Positions 51,980 to 64,000 of a stretch of DNA of 64,000 nt are shown here, piece after piece; position 1 is the stretch's first letter; each line of letters opens with the position of its first letter. The notes under the pieces are model-generated. The model did no database searches. It had not been told where the DNA came from and saw nothing but the letters and a program-made list of their open reading frames with translations. The position numbers and the translations under genes were made by a program. The stretch spans positions 7,316,001 to 7,380,000 of the forward strand of contig CM102287.1 of assembly GCA_046563655.1 (NCBI GenBank), in the 5' to 3' direction. The DNA is from Yuukianura sp. NJ FZ-2021. Its lineage: Eukaryota.

Positions 51980-52536
51980 CACGCCATTAGATCAAAAAAA
52001 TTAGGTAAGCAGAATTGACGTCAGCAGAAAATAGGTAAGTTGAAATTATGTAAGCAATGCATTTAGGTAAGCAATAGATTTAGGTAAGCAGAAAAGAGGT
52101 AAGTGGAAAGTAGGTAAGCGGCATAATTAGGTAAGCAGGATTTAAATAAATGTCACGAAGGCAAAATGTTTGGTTAGGGTTTGCTCGTTACGTTAGGTTA
52201 ACTTTATAGTTTCCCGCGCCGAAGGCGCGGTGTTAGGTTTTCAAAAGTTTGAAATACTGATTCCGTCTCGAGGGCCCTCGTTAAGGTTTGATTATGTTAT
52301 CTAACGACCAAAATTTGAGCACTAAATAAATAGTAACTTTTTTCAAAATCTCACCTTCGTGTACACTTATGTAAATCCTGCTTACCTAATTATGCCGCTT
52401 ACCTACTGTCCACTTACCTCTTTTCTGCTTACCTAAATCTATTGCTTACCTAAATGCATTGCTTACCAAATTTCAACTTACCTATTTTCTGCTGACGTCA
52501 ATTCTGCTTACCTAATTTTTTTGATCTAATGGCATG
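51980..52536. mobile_element. Foldback/MITE-like element with about 165 bp TIRs built from AGGTAAG repeats
   Basis: 51980-52144 and 52372-52536 are near-perfect inverted repeats. The core carries a CCGCGCC-GAA-GGCGCGG hairpin (52214-52230) and TTAGG motifs. No clear TSD. Confidence 0.75.
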
Positions 52537-52608
52537 GAACCCAATTTATTGCGTTTGAACATGTTGTCGCTGAGCCTAAAATTTTGATTTTGCGACATTC
52601 TATTGAAA

Positions 52609-53350
52609 ATGGAAGTAAAATTTTTGTTTTCTACGTTTATCGTTTTCATTCTAGTCGTCGTCAGTACAATTGACTCCAACACGACGACGCAACTACCCGA
52701 GTCTAAATCTGAATCAACCTCAACGTTCTCCAGCGATCTCCAGGAATCTCCAGACGACCCAGAGGAAGATTCAGATTCCGTCAAACCTTCCATAAAGCCT
52801 GACGAGTCCAATCAGACAAACGTTATTCCCTATGGTAAACCTTGTGACAAGAATAATCCAGAAGCATGTCAAAATTTCCCAACCGTCCAATGTGTCACCG
52901 ACAGTCTCCGCATTTCAACTTGTCGCTGCAGTTTCTTCCGTACTTGGGAACCGGCAAAGAACAACTGCATTCTCAACGTCTTTTCGCCCTGTTCCAGTAG
53001 GAATCTAAAATTTCATAAAAATTACAAATTTTCATATATACTACTCAAAATTTCAATTAATTTGTACAGAGGGCGTACCTGGTCAATCGGATTTAGAATG
53101 TGGGCAGAACGCTGACTGTATCAACGACACCATAAAAATGAACAACCACAAATTTTGTCGTTGCCGCCGCGGTTTCAAGCCCGTTCTCAACAAAGACAAA
53201 ATTCCATCCAAGTGCGTTGCAGCACCACCAAGCGAGTTTGACGAATTTGATTTTCCCGATGACTACGAAACTGGCATGGCTTCGCCTAAGGCAATGTCGT
53301 GGCCACTGCTACTACTATCAACCCTTGCATTAGCTTATTACCACAATTAA
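52609..53350 (+). CDS. Secreted Cys-rich (EB/EGF-like modules) protein with a probable GPI signal
   Basis: Signal peptide, S/T/D-rich linker, Cys modules YGKPC..C..C..CRC..C|..C..C..CRCRRGF...C and a hydrophobic C-terminus; one in-frame intron at about 52997-53069. Confidence 0.75.
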
Positions 53351-53940
53351 CTAACTTTAAGTTTTAACTTTAACCATAGTTTCTACCTTAGTTAGAAAAA
53401 GTGCCACCCACTGTTAAAATTTTGGTTAAGGTTTTTTGTTTTTATTATAATTATTACTTTTTCTCTTTTTTCGATTTTCAGAATTAACCTTTTGACCTCT
53501 TTTTCCTTTCAAAACGAGAGACAGGAGTTTAGAATGATCGCGCCAATTTGTTCCTGCCTCTTCCTTAACACTCTCGATTCTTAATTCACAATATTAATTT
53601 TTAGATAGTAAGTTAATTACGCTTTTTTTCATGTTATTGTAAGATTACCAGTCTCTAATTGTTACCACTTTCTTGGATGTCTTATCCCGATGATCAATTG
53701 TATCATGTAAATTAATATAATATAAGTTTTCTTTAAGTGCAACAGAGTTTAGCTCTCATTCTTAATAAGTGATTTGTTAATGATAACAAGTTAACGCGAA
53801 TTGTTGCTTAAAATAGGCAGTAAAGGTAGGTGTTGTGGAGGTGGGTATTACAAAGGTCAGATGCTGGCTTTCCTAACAAACATAATAACGTTAAAACAAA
53901 ATTTATTAAACAATTATTTTAGTAAAGCCACTTAATTCAC

Positions 53941-54022
53941 GTGAGGAGGAGGAGGGATGGAGGAAGAGGAGTGAGGAGGAGGAGGAGGAGGGAAGACGGG
54001 AGGAGTGAGGAGGAGGAGGAGA
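53941..54022 (+). repeat. Polypurine (GGA)n-rich simple repeat downstream of G3BP
   Basis: Repeated GTGAGGAGGAGGAGG units; a purine-rich tract. Confidence 0.7.
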
Positions 54023-54984
54023 GCAATACGTTTAGACTCAACAAAACTTACTTAATTACGGTGTCAAACTGCCCAAGATTCATACAAAGGAAGAATAAAT
54101 TGACAAAAAAATTAATTGAGCCTAATTCCTGTTAGGAGTTGATTTACTTTAAAGTGTTAACGTTAACTTTACCCTAACTAACAAGAGACATGGATAAGGA
54201 AACTTATTAATTAGCAAAATAGAGTTAATTCTTAAATTTTTACCCACTTAAGAGGTTAATTATTTACGCAATAACATATTTCTTCCACATTTCGGTGGAT
54301 CAAAGAGAGGCCACTAGTTCAGCGGAGGGGATGACAGCTTACCGACTAGAAATTATTTTTTAGAGCAGACGGAGCACTCGAACGTGAAGATGACAAGGTT
54401 TCTGCATTGGGTAATTCAATTAATAATTAAAGAGTCACCATCCGCCAATGACCATTCAATGACCACTGAATTAAAAGACACACAAAAAAGTTACTTTAAA
54501 CTTAACTCCAAACTTAAACTTAAACAAAAAAGAGGTCCACTTTCACAGACTCATATTAATACTTTTTTTTAAAAAATGGGAAATCCGATGAGAATTTTTG
54601 CTAAGATTTGGATGATAAACTTATAGTAATTTCTTAAATTAATTGTTTTGTGAGTTAACTAACCAGGCTAATTCCTTCTTCCTAACAATTTCTACAAAAT
54701 TGAACAGAAAGTGAATGAAACGAGACCGAATAACACTGCATACCGTTAACTTTTTGTCATTTCGTCAAGTTTGAAAGTAGTTTCTTAAAAAATGCAGCAA
54801 ACCTTCTTCAATTTCTCTCCTCCGCTACGTTTTTAAACACTCCCTTTTACACCAATGGCACAAACCAGACGAAGATGACTCCTCATCGCAACTTCCTAAC
54901 TGCCTAATGGGTGTAACTCTAATATCGAAAAATCTATGTTACTAAAGGGAAGGTTAATTGTACCTTAGTTAAGTAGATTATGTT

Positions 54985-57805
54985 CTATCTAGCACCACCG
55001 CCACTGCCACCTCCGCGCTCTCCCATTTGCCCTCCTCCACGGTTCGACCCTCGGAAAGTTCTTGCGTGGGGCCTCGCATTATTCTGACTGCGGAAATCAT
55101 TTCCTCCAGCAACGTTTCCGCCGTCCTTGACTCCTCCACCGCTGTTGCTGTTTCCTCCACCGCGACCACCGCCCGTATCCATTCCTCTTGACGGATTATT
55201 ACCACCGCCTCTCATGTTATTACCACCTTGGCCTTGATGCTGGGAAGGTCCACTGCCACTTGGTCCGGCAGTGTTTGCCGCATTGTCTCCTCTGTTGTCC
55301 CGATTGTAGTAACCACCAGGAGGACCACCGTATCCACCAGTTTCACGTGGACGCTTCTCCTCGACGTTCAAGCGACGATGGTTGTTTTCGCCCATCTTCA
55401 TTGTAATTTTCGACTAAAATTAGAAGCCAAGAAAGTAATTAGATTTCTAGTTCCAAACTCAAGTAATGATAATGGAAATGCTGTACTATTCAAAACCACG
55501 AGCGCCACGTCAATTTGCGATTGCAAAAACACTAATTGCCGACAAATTGAATAACGGAAATGAGAAGGCTAAAAATTTCTATTTACCTTATCTTGAATTG
55601 CAGCGTCTGCGGAACTCTTCTCCTCAAACACAACAAAGCAGAAATAAGGAACCTTGATTCCCTGATTCTTCTGATTTGGCTTCAAAATTTTGACCTCGGC
55701 AACACGACCATACACTTCGAAAATTTCCTGAAATCATAAAAACGATCAAAATTATAGAAGTGTAATAAGCATTAGTTTTAACAATCTTGAACATACTACG
55801 AACGACTCACAATTTGCAAATCGTGAAATTATAAGATTACCTTTATCTCTGCAATTGTTACAGTGTGAGGAAGATTTCCAACAAAGAGTTGATGGGAATC
55901 CGGATAGGTGTGCATTGGGCGAGGGCGTGGAGTGGAGTCCCCATCTACGCTTCCGGTGTCGTCGTTCCCAGTGGTATTGCTGGAGCGAGATGTCAGGCGC
56001 TCGCGTCTATCCCGTGGATGAGCATAACTCCCGCGATCTCCTCTGCCAAAGTTGTTGTGACCTCGAGGAGGCAAGTTCCTTCCAGCCATGTTGTCAGAAG
56101 GTGGAGGTTGGGGCGACAAGGCCGAAGGAGACACACTCGGGTGCCCAGCATCCCCGGCAACTTCAGCCTACATTTCATAAAAATGAACCATTATGAAACA
56201 AAAACTTACCAGTCTAGAATGTCTGAGAAATGATTTTGGTAATAAAGCTTACCGCAGTTGGACTTGGTCCGAGTCTCCCAGTGTTTGGTGGTGGTTTGGT
56301 TGGGAATGGGCTGCGGCTAGTGAACTCGTGTGTTCCACTGGACGCCGTTGGAGTAAGGTCACTCTTGAAAAGATTGGCAAAGGTTTTGACGTTTCCGCCA
56401 GGCGGTGGCGCGACAGTTACCGGTTCCGGCTCTTTCGGTTGTTCAGGACCGCGTCCACCAAGGCCAACATTATTATCACCCCCGCTCTGAGCACCAGTTG
56501 AGACAAAACCATGCGACGGACGATTCTGATTTTCCACTTTCGGTGGCTCAGGCTTCGTATCGAGAACTGAAACCTCCGGAACACTAACTTCAACGGTTGC
56601 CTCCGTATTAGTAGCAGCAACTGGAGCAGTTTCTGGTTGTTTCGGGGAAACTGTCTCCACCACATTAGACACCTCGGATGTTGGAGAACCGGCGGAAACA
56701 GATGGAACATGGCTTCCGCTGTCATTCAACTCTACCTCTTCTTCGCTTTGCTCATCTTCGACGTGCTCATTTGACAATCTTGAGTTGATGCCAGGTCGTC
56801 CACCCAAATCGTCCTTACAGATGTCATCGTCCTGTAATAACAAAAAAAGATGACTCATTGTAAAAGTACTTGGATGCTAGAGCTAGAGTTATGTTGGGGT
56901 ACTTTACTTTTAGAGGAAACGTGAAAAATCTGACCTGGTAGTGGAAGATGTCGTTACGAACGTAATACAACTTTGGCGTTTGCGGTGCCAAAACGAACGT
57001 TTGCATAAAGCGACGCAGAGGCTGACCATTGTTGGACAACTCGCCACGTACTTGAATCACAACGCCATTTCCCAGAGTTTCCTGACTATCCACCTAAACG
57101 TGACATAACCAAATACCAAAGTTGTAATTCATGTCACAGCCACAACTAACTGATTAGTTATCTAACAAAAAGTGTTCTGACAGTGTTTGTAAGTTCACCC
57201 ACCTGAAGGATTTTGGCCACACAATCCCTGAAGTTGAGTTGTTCGATTCGGTCGCGAATGTCTTGGAGACCATAGACGACGCTGGAGTCGTCATGAACGA
57301 AGCATGACTGATCCGAATAGAAGCGATGGAGATAGATAGGCCCTTGGTGTAGAACAGTGTAGTACTGCCGGACAAATTCCAATCCGATCAAATACACACT
57401 CGAGTTCCCCGAGGCAGGTCCGCCGGTTGTATTAGGTGAAACTGATGGTGACACTGAGCCAGCATTGTTGTTGTTCAAAACGGTGGCCTGTAAAGCAAAA
57501 ATCAAGGTTTACAATTTAAGTTAACATCCTTTGTATAATCTTATCTACTCAACCTAATACCCGACTGCATGACTTCAACAAGACATTAAACATCAGTCAC
57601 ACTTTCATCTGATTCATAAATTCTTTGTTTAAAAGTTGATACCGGACACTCCACATAAAAAAATGGCAAATTCAGCAATATTCATAAGATGACTAACCTC
57701 TGGGTCGGAGCTAATCCCAGCGTCAACGCCCGTTCCATCTCCAGTAATCACAGTTGCCCGGTGTTGTTGAACAATAGCCGCCTTCGTACTTTCTTCCATT
57801 ACCAT
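54985..57805 (-). CDS. G3BP: G3BP / rasputin (NTF2-like, acidic, Pro-rich, RRM, RGG)
   Basis: MVME start, [13 protein letters not shown]...[66 protein letters not shown] and an RGG tail. Confidence 0.95.
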
Positions 57806-59437
57806 GTCTTGAATAATTTGTCACCTCCGAAATGCGTTGTCACAAAAATATATTGCCGAAGTAGTCAACTTGTTACTTTGCCTGCCTCTCGTAGTAATTG
57901 TACTCTTCAAACTTAATACAAACGAAGTGCAAATAAGGAAAGATCCTTGGCAAATTAACGTAGGATGTGAGAGAACTGCTAACCAGTGACCACTTGTAGA
58001 ATTTTCTAGATAAACTCTATTGTTTTGCCTATCAATCCAATTCAATCGACCTCTCTAACCTTACAATAGTTCTAAATTATGTAATAACTTGTTCCGTTCC
58101 TTCTAATTTATAATTTTAGCAAAGAAGATCCTCCGTATAAGTTTCTCCGGACCTGTCCTAACTTTTCCTTACGTTTACACTTATTAATTAGATTCTAAAG
58201 ATTAAAAAAGTTGTGTAGTTGGTTACTTTGAGTCCTGTCCCTGTTTCTCGCTGTAAGTTCCACTCGAAGGTAGTTTAGTAGGGAGCAGAAGATGAGGAAC
58301 CGAAGGTAAAAACGTCGTTTGAAGGATGATGTTGATGATAAAAAGGCAGGAGCCAGGCCAGGACACAATACACAGAGACACAAACGTTCCGAAGTTCCAA
58401 TTCTATCCCCAGCCACAATTCGGCACCGTATATAACAATTTTATAGAGAAATTGCGAAATTCCCACTTTACAGACCAAATGCTATGCCTATTTCTCGATC
58501 TCTTCCGCCTTTCGTCCTCGCTCCACCCAACTCCCGGTTGAAGTAAGGTTAACGCTACCACATTTGTACAGATATTGTCGCCACACTCCGGTTACAAATA
58601 CAATAAAAATAAACAGTCCATTTCACATGTAATTACGTAACAGAATTTGTGTCGTGAAAGACCACAGACAACCTACAAAATGACCTCTTTACTATTACCC
58701 ACTCTCGGCTACAATAGTTTGCAACTGCAACTTATGTCAGCACCCCAGTCTACGTTGTTCAGACTGGCCTAAAGCAAATTGGCTACATTGGTTGCCACTT
58801 TAGCGTAATTATGTTGTGGTGTAGCCATAATAGGTAGTGGTAGTTGTGGTGGCAACGTCTTACGTCTTGTAGATGAATTTTACTAACCTTAATCCTTACT
58901 TCAACCCAACTCCCAGGCGAAGTTGATACTGCAATTCTTCACACTCCTTTGTTTAGAATTTTCAAATTTGAAAATACCGCCACATCCAACATACACACCT
59001 TTAGGCGCATCAGGCTTAGCCAGCAAGCCAGCGGGATGGAAATTGAAATCATCCAATACTGAAAAATTGAAAGGACTAATAATTAGTAAATTACAATTAA
59101 TTAAATTTAAACAGCTGATTTTAACTTTGAACATGGACATGACGAGCTTTGTTTTGAGAAGCAAAGGCGTGTCTCTCTTTCATTCGTTCACTCCGCCTTC
59201 TGGAGTTATAAATTAGGAACGCTAGAGGGCAGCGATACTGCATGGAACAGGAAGCGTCCTTTTTTAATAAGATTTTTTAAAATTGCACAATTTTCACTTT
59301 TTGGCTAGTGATTAATAATTTAATAATTGATTAATAATATTAATAATTTGAACATGAATATTAATACATTCATAGTTTTTAATTTTTTTTTAGAAAATCC
59401 GCACGCTAATGTAATTGTGAGGTTATGATTGGAGTTT

Positions 59438-60472
59438 TCAAGGATTAGCGCGGAACGGTCCAGCTATCAAGTTGAGGAGCACTGCCGCCGCGGACATAAT
59501 CGGCACGGCTTCACTGATGGAACCACGACAAGGTCTCGGTGGAATAACAACCGACGGAAAACGTTTTCCAAATGTAGAAGATGGCAATCCATCACGTACT
59601 TTTTTGATATCCACCCAACCAAATGTATGTTTGAACTTTATGCAGTGGATGGCCAGCCAATCAATGTTGTCCACCGTAAAAGGACCACCAGGGAGGACCA
59701 GTTCAATTGTTTTGCCAGCATATGCTTTCAGTACTCCGCAATCTCCAGCTTCGTCTGGAATCTTCTCTCCAGGAGTGCTTCCAGGATACTCTCTCGGTGG
59801 ATCACCTCTCCCCACCATCCAATAAGCATCAGGGCCTTTTCCATCGTAGTGTAAATTCTGAATACGAAGTGTTTTAAGGTTGACAATTTGAATTGGTCCG
59901 GAGCGTAGGTTGTGCGGAAGTGGAGAGGACTCGCCTGACCGCAACTTGAACTGCCCCAACTGAATTATTGTCTGCTGTCCACAACTTTGTGGTGTCACTA
60001 ACGTCTCCGATGCTTCTGGAACATTCTGGAACTGTCCATTTCCGCTGTTTTTTCGAACTGAAGCGAAGTCCACCCACCCAAAAGTGTGCTTGTACTTGAA
60101 ACAGTACATTCCCAACCAGTCGAAGTCGTTGACCGTCATGGCCTCTGGCAGAACCAAGGTGATTGTTTCTCCATTGAATGCTTTCAGCACTTGACACGTC
60201 CCGTCATGGCCTGGTATTTTGTTTCCTGGAGCAGTATTTGGACGTTCTGGCGGGAGAGAACCGACTCCGACGATCCAGAAAGCGTCCGGAGCAGCACCAT
60301 CGTAGTGAAGATTCGGAATTCGGATTGTTCTTGTGTCAATGATTTCCAGTGGTCCGGATTGGAGTCCATGAGCAGTCGGTCCTTCACGAAGCTGGAAACT
60401 TTCGAGTAATTGTGTACCGGAAGTAATCCACACAAAACTGGCGTAAAGTGTAATTAGAATCGCAAAAATCAT
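59438..60472 (-). CDS. Secreted/GPI-type protein with two DM13 domains (Skeletor/Knickkopf-like modules)
   Basis: Intronless 344 aa ORF with a signal peptide, two repeats of H-x-L-x-SGP...IxNLHYDG..PDA.W.VG...LKA..G.TI.LVLP...DWL...C.K.KHTFGWV, and a weakly hydrophobic C-terminus. Confidence 0.85.
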   Translation of the reverse strand: MIFAILITLYASFVWITSGTQLLESFQLREGPTAHGLQSGPLEIIDTRTIRIPNLHYDGAAPDAFWIVGVGSLPPERPNTAPGNKIPGHDGTCQVLKAFNGETITLVLPEAMTVNDFDWLGMYCFKYKHTFGWVDFASVRKNSGNGQFQNVPEASETLVTPQSCGQQTIIQLGQFKLRSGESSPLPHNLRSGPIQIVNLKTLRIQNLHYDGKGPDAYWMVGRGDPPREYPGSTPGEKIPDEAGDCGVLKAYAGKTIELVLPGGPFTVDNIDWLAIHCIKFKHTFGWVDIKKVRDGLPSSTFGKRFPSVVIPPRPCRGSISEAVPIMSAAAVLLNLIAGPFRANP

Positions 60473-63263
60473 TCTTTTAAAGCTTTAGCATCTACAAAGT
60501 TAGCTTGTTTGCGTCAAACTGCGCTTTGTCGCTTCCTACCCAAGTAGTTTTGATTTGTATCTGAGGTTTTCCAAACCTCCTGTTAAAATACAGGAACAAA
60601 AGTTTGCGGTTTTTCGCCACTGAATGAACGCGATGGCCTAGATAAAATCTAATTCTAGCGACTATGTTGCAATGCGGTAACATCGCAAACCCTGAGGCTG
60701 TTTTCTTTATTACATCAAATCAGTGCATCAAATGATACTGAAACGCTTCTAAACGTGTGATGGAGAAAGTATAAGTAAACATTAACAAAACTAACTCAAA
60801 ACTCCAAATTATAGAATAAAATATTGATAACAAAATTAACTTATCCTAATTACAAATACGATTTTGAATTTGAATTGAATACATACAAAAGCTCGACGGA
60901 TGTGTTCAATGTGTAAAATTTAAAAAAAAAATCAAGATGGATAAGGAAGAGTGCGTAACTGTAATTTCGGAAACGAAATTTTGTCTTTGTTTTTTGTTCT
61001 TTTCCGACTGACGTTGAGCAATTTAATTTCGCCTTTCAAAGCGTTAAGCTAAAGACACAGTTTTCGACTTACTTAGTCAAAAACGCGTTAAATTTTGAAA
61101 GTGGAAAATAATTAGAGAGCGTAAATGGTGGAATGATTACAATTCCAAAAAGGTTTTCTTCTTGTTAAACGGACAGCCTCAAGTTTCAACTTTTCTCTTC
61201 AATTTGTATTCTCGTTACGTCCTCTTCAGAGAAAAGCCGCTTTTTCTAACTTTTCCTTTCTTTCTTCACAGTAGTATGCTCCACTCCTTTTGTTTTCACT
61301 TGAAATCAATTAAGTTTCTAACTGCTTTAGATTAATATTTGCAGTTGAAAAACGTCATCTCATCATTCAAGAAGCAAAACAGAGGTTTTTGAACACTTTC
61401 GAAATGAAATTCAAACTCAGCAGCAGGAATCGCTGGAAGTGATGTGGTTCAAGCACCCTCGACCTAATGAGAAACTTGTTGAATTGTGTGTGTTCTAAGA
61501 AGACAGGGAGAAAAACACTGGAGGTAGAGCAGGATGCAGGGAGAAAGCAATGATTTTGGGCAGATGGTGAAAGTTATGTGTTAGGTTTCCCTATCCTGAA
61601 TTACTTCATGCTGAAGAAGTGCTCGTAAATGGGAAAGAGAAAGCTCTTCAAATGGTTCTGTATCTCACAGACAAAGTCTCAGTCTTGGCTTCGCTTCCTT
61701 CCAGACTCAAACTGGAATCGAGGGCAGTTTTCAGCGCCAATTTGACGCCATAATTTTAAATACGTCAACCTTTGAACTTTTTTAATCAACTTAAGATCTG
61801 GAACAACGCAGCCTCCGAATCCGCATTTCATCACTTCACTTCCCTTCTATTTCTGAACAAAAGGTAAAGTTTTACAAAACTTTTGTGCATAAAAATAAAT
61901 TTCAATTTTCGAAACTCCTTTTTTCAAACCAAACCTCCGCAGTTTATTGTTGGTACAAATAAAGTTTGTATTTTAAAAAGTTCTTTCAAAAGTAAATATG
62001 ACCTGATCATGTTTCATTTCAATTCAGCAGAGCCACAGAAAGTGGAAGCTGTCTAAAAACTACGAAAAATGAGAAAGTTTTCCATGACTTACGTTGGGTT
62101 TTTACAATTTACATAAGAGAAAGCTGCATGGAGTGAGTTAGAGCCAGGCATCATCATAAATTCCACAGAGTGAAAGTCAAGTAAAGTAGACCAGGATGGG
62201 AATACTAATGAAAATGAATAAAGCATTAGGTTACTCTGTAAAGACTTTCCAAATTGAGCATGCAAGTGGTTGCGTGATGTGAGGAGATGAGAGATCATCC
62301 GATATAAGTTAATGAAATGTTCTCAAAATGAAAATCTGTCTGAAAACGAGACACAACTTAAGAAAAACCATGCGAGGACTTATTAGATTTACTTAAGGTT
62401 AGGTTAGTTTTTGAGTTCTTGGGGCGAAGTCCCTTCTGGAATCAATTTAAGTAACAAACAGACAAGGGACGTTCATTAGGATCCGAAGTTAAGATGTGGC
62501 ATGACCAGGGAGTCGAATTCTGTTTCCCAAGGGAAAGTTTTCTTTCTCTGCAGAATCTTCAATAAGTTCAAATGGTTTCTGGATAGGTTAGGCTAACATT
62601 CTGGATAAGACTTCTTAGTATAAAAGATGACACGCAATGAAGTCCAGTCCCTCAGCGTCCCTGTGTCATCCAATATCAACGTCAAGTCATTTGAAGCATG
62701 TTAGGACTTTGAACATAAGTTGGAATAAGGGTAGGTTTTCGGAGTCAACTGACAGTGAAAGCAGTAAAAGTCGCCAAGAAACTCAGTTTCAATTGAGATC
62801 AAAGAGACAGCGAAACATGGTTTAGCTGTCGTCGTAATTGAACTGTTCAAAAGTGGAGCAAGTATGACCGTTGGGTTAGGTTTATCTGAAATGTTTCTGT
62901 TCAAATATGGCCGCCTGAATGTCTACTGAAGCGTTTTGCAAGCTGCATTCATCTAAATTGAGGTGAGCCTGAACCTGAGCCTGTCCAACCATATTCAATT
63001 CCCTTGGTAGTACTAAAGTTAATACAATATAGCATAAGAACAGGCGTGTTATGATCACGAGCCCAGATTTGAGCAAGTTTTATTGCATTGTCTCCCTTTA
63101 CAACGCTAACGATGTAAATGATAGAATGTACTACTTTAGCCCATTTGAAGTGTTTCTGCCGTTGTAGGGGAAAGTTGTCTCCTCCGTGTCACATTTGCGT
63201 CACTCCGGTTGAATCCAGGAGGTATAAATTATTAATGTCAATTTGGTTTATCTAAAGCAGTAA

Positions 63264-63482
63264 AATCCGTCCGTCGTCCGTCCGTCTGTCATTCAGAGTG
63301 AAAGCACCAGAATCCTGATTTAGTTTTAGAATTTCCAAATCTCGCGATCTATGATAGTCAGATTATTATAATTGAGTATAAATGACATTGCCTTTCGGAC
63401 CAAAACTTGTATGACCTTTGCTAACATATCCCGATGTTATTAAATTTTAGTCCAAATTTTGACGACAGACGGACACACGGGC
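63264..63482. mobile_element. Possible Helentron/DINE-1-like non-autonomous relic
   Basis: A GTCC/GTCT microsatellite (ccgtccgtcgtccgtccgtctgtc) and its inverted counterpart gacagacggac lie about 190 bp apart. Confidence 0.3.
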
Positions 63483-64000
63483 AAGGACTGATGAACCCAT
63501 AAAGTAGCTACCACATACTTGGAAATGTTGTGTTAAAAATTCGAAACGTGTTTTCGCTACTTTGAAATTGTGGTTTGCCTCAAGTTTATTATGATTTAGT
63601 GATGAGTTTATGTGAAACTACCATCAGTGGAAAAAGTAGAAGTGCTGCTGGAACAGCGAGTGAGAAGCACTTAAGATAAAGTTGGAAAACCTTTAGAAAG
63701 GAAAGTGAAAGCACCCAACAGTGAAATCGCTGGAAAACAGAAATTTCCAGAGCCTTATTCTGCGGTGTGTGTCACTTCAAAATGAATATGAAATGGCACA
63801 GTCCTTTGTATTCCGAACTGAACAAAGACTTTCTCTCCAATAATAATTTAGATAGCAGAAGAGACTTTCTAATTTCCATGTTTGTTCAAATAAGATGGTG
63901 AAATATGGAATCAATTAATCACTAAACCTTTTGCTTAGTTTATAAAGTAAAAAAAATCGGTGACCTTTGAATTATTCCAAGGTCACTGCAGTTAAAGTTG

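Noticed and set aside
52000..52140. Regularly spaced AGGTAAG repeats as a CRISPR-like array
   Set aside because: The repeats and spacers are far too short, are mirrored as a TIR, and lie in a eukaryotic context without cas genes.
53941..54135. Arg-rich 64 aa ORF
   Set aside because: It is an artefact of the GGA simple repeat.
60500..64000. Short ORFs in the last 3.5 kb
   Set aside because: No recognisable domains or consistent exon chain; likely UTR, intron or intergenic sequence.

Overview
This is gene-dense eukaryotic genomic DNA with short GT-AG introns. The TTAGG motifs and gene content suggest a compact arthropod genome (inference). About 20 protein-coding genes can be reconstructed across introns: the 3' end of a type I membrane protein, Nopp140/NOLC1, RMI1, SUPT7L-like, an SLC22 transporter, EDEM2, GLE1, three paralogous orphan multi-pass membrane proteins, a TM-coiled-coil-GPI protein, cathepsin B, a DPP3-like peptidase, FEN1, a Ly6/quiver-like protein, NADH glutamate synthase, a Cys-rich GPI-type protein, G3BP/rasputin and a two-DM13 protein. 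Non-autonomous transposon-like elements include a TTAA-flanked tandem dimer and two foldback elements. Three observations stand out. (1) One protein has the rare tetherin/BST2-type double-anchor architecture. (2) Nopp140 has two interleaved alternative C-termini: the canonical SRP40_C tail and an RGG tail carrying three CCHC zinc knuckles. (3) An unrecognised three-member membrane protein family shares identical exon architecture. All gene models were read by eye; no database search was run.
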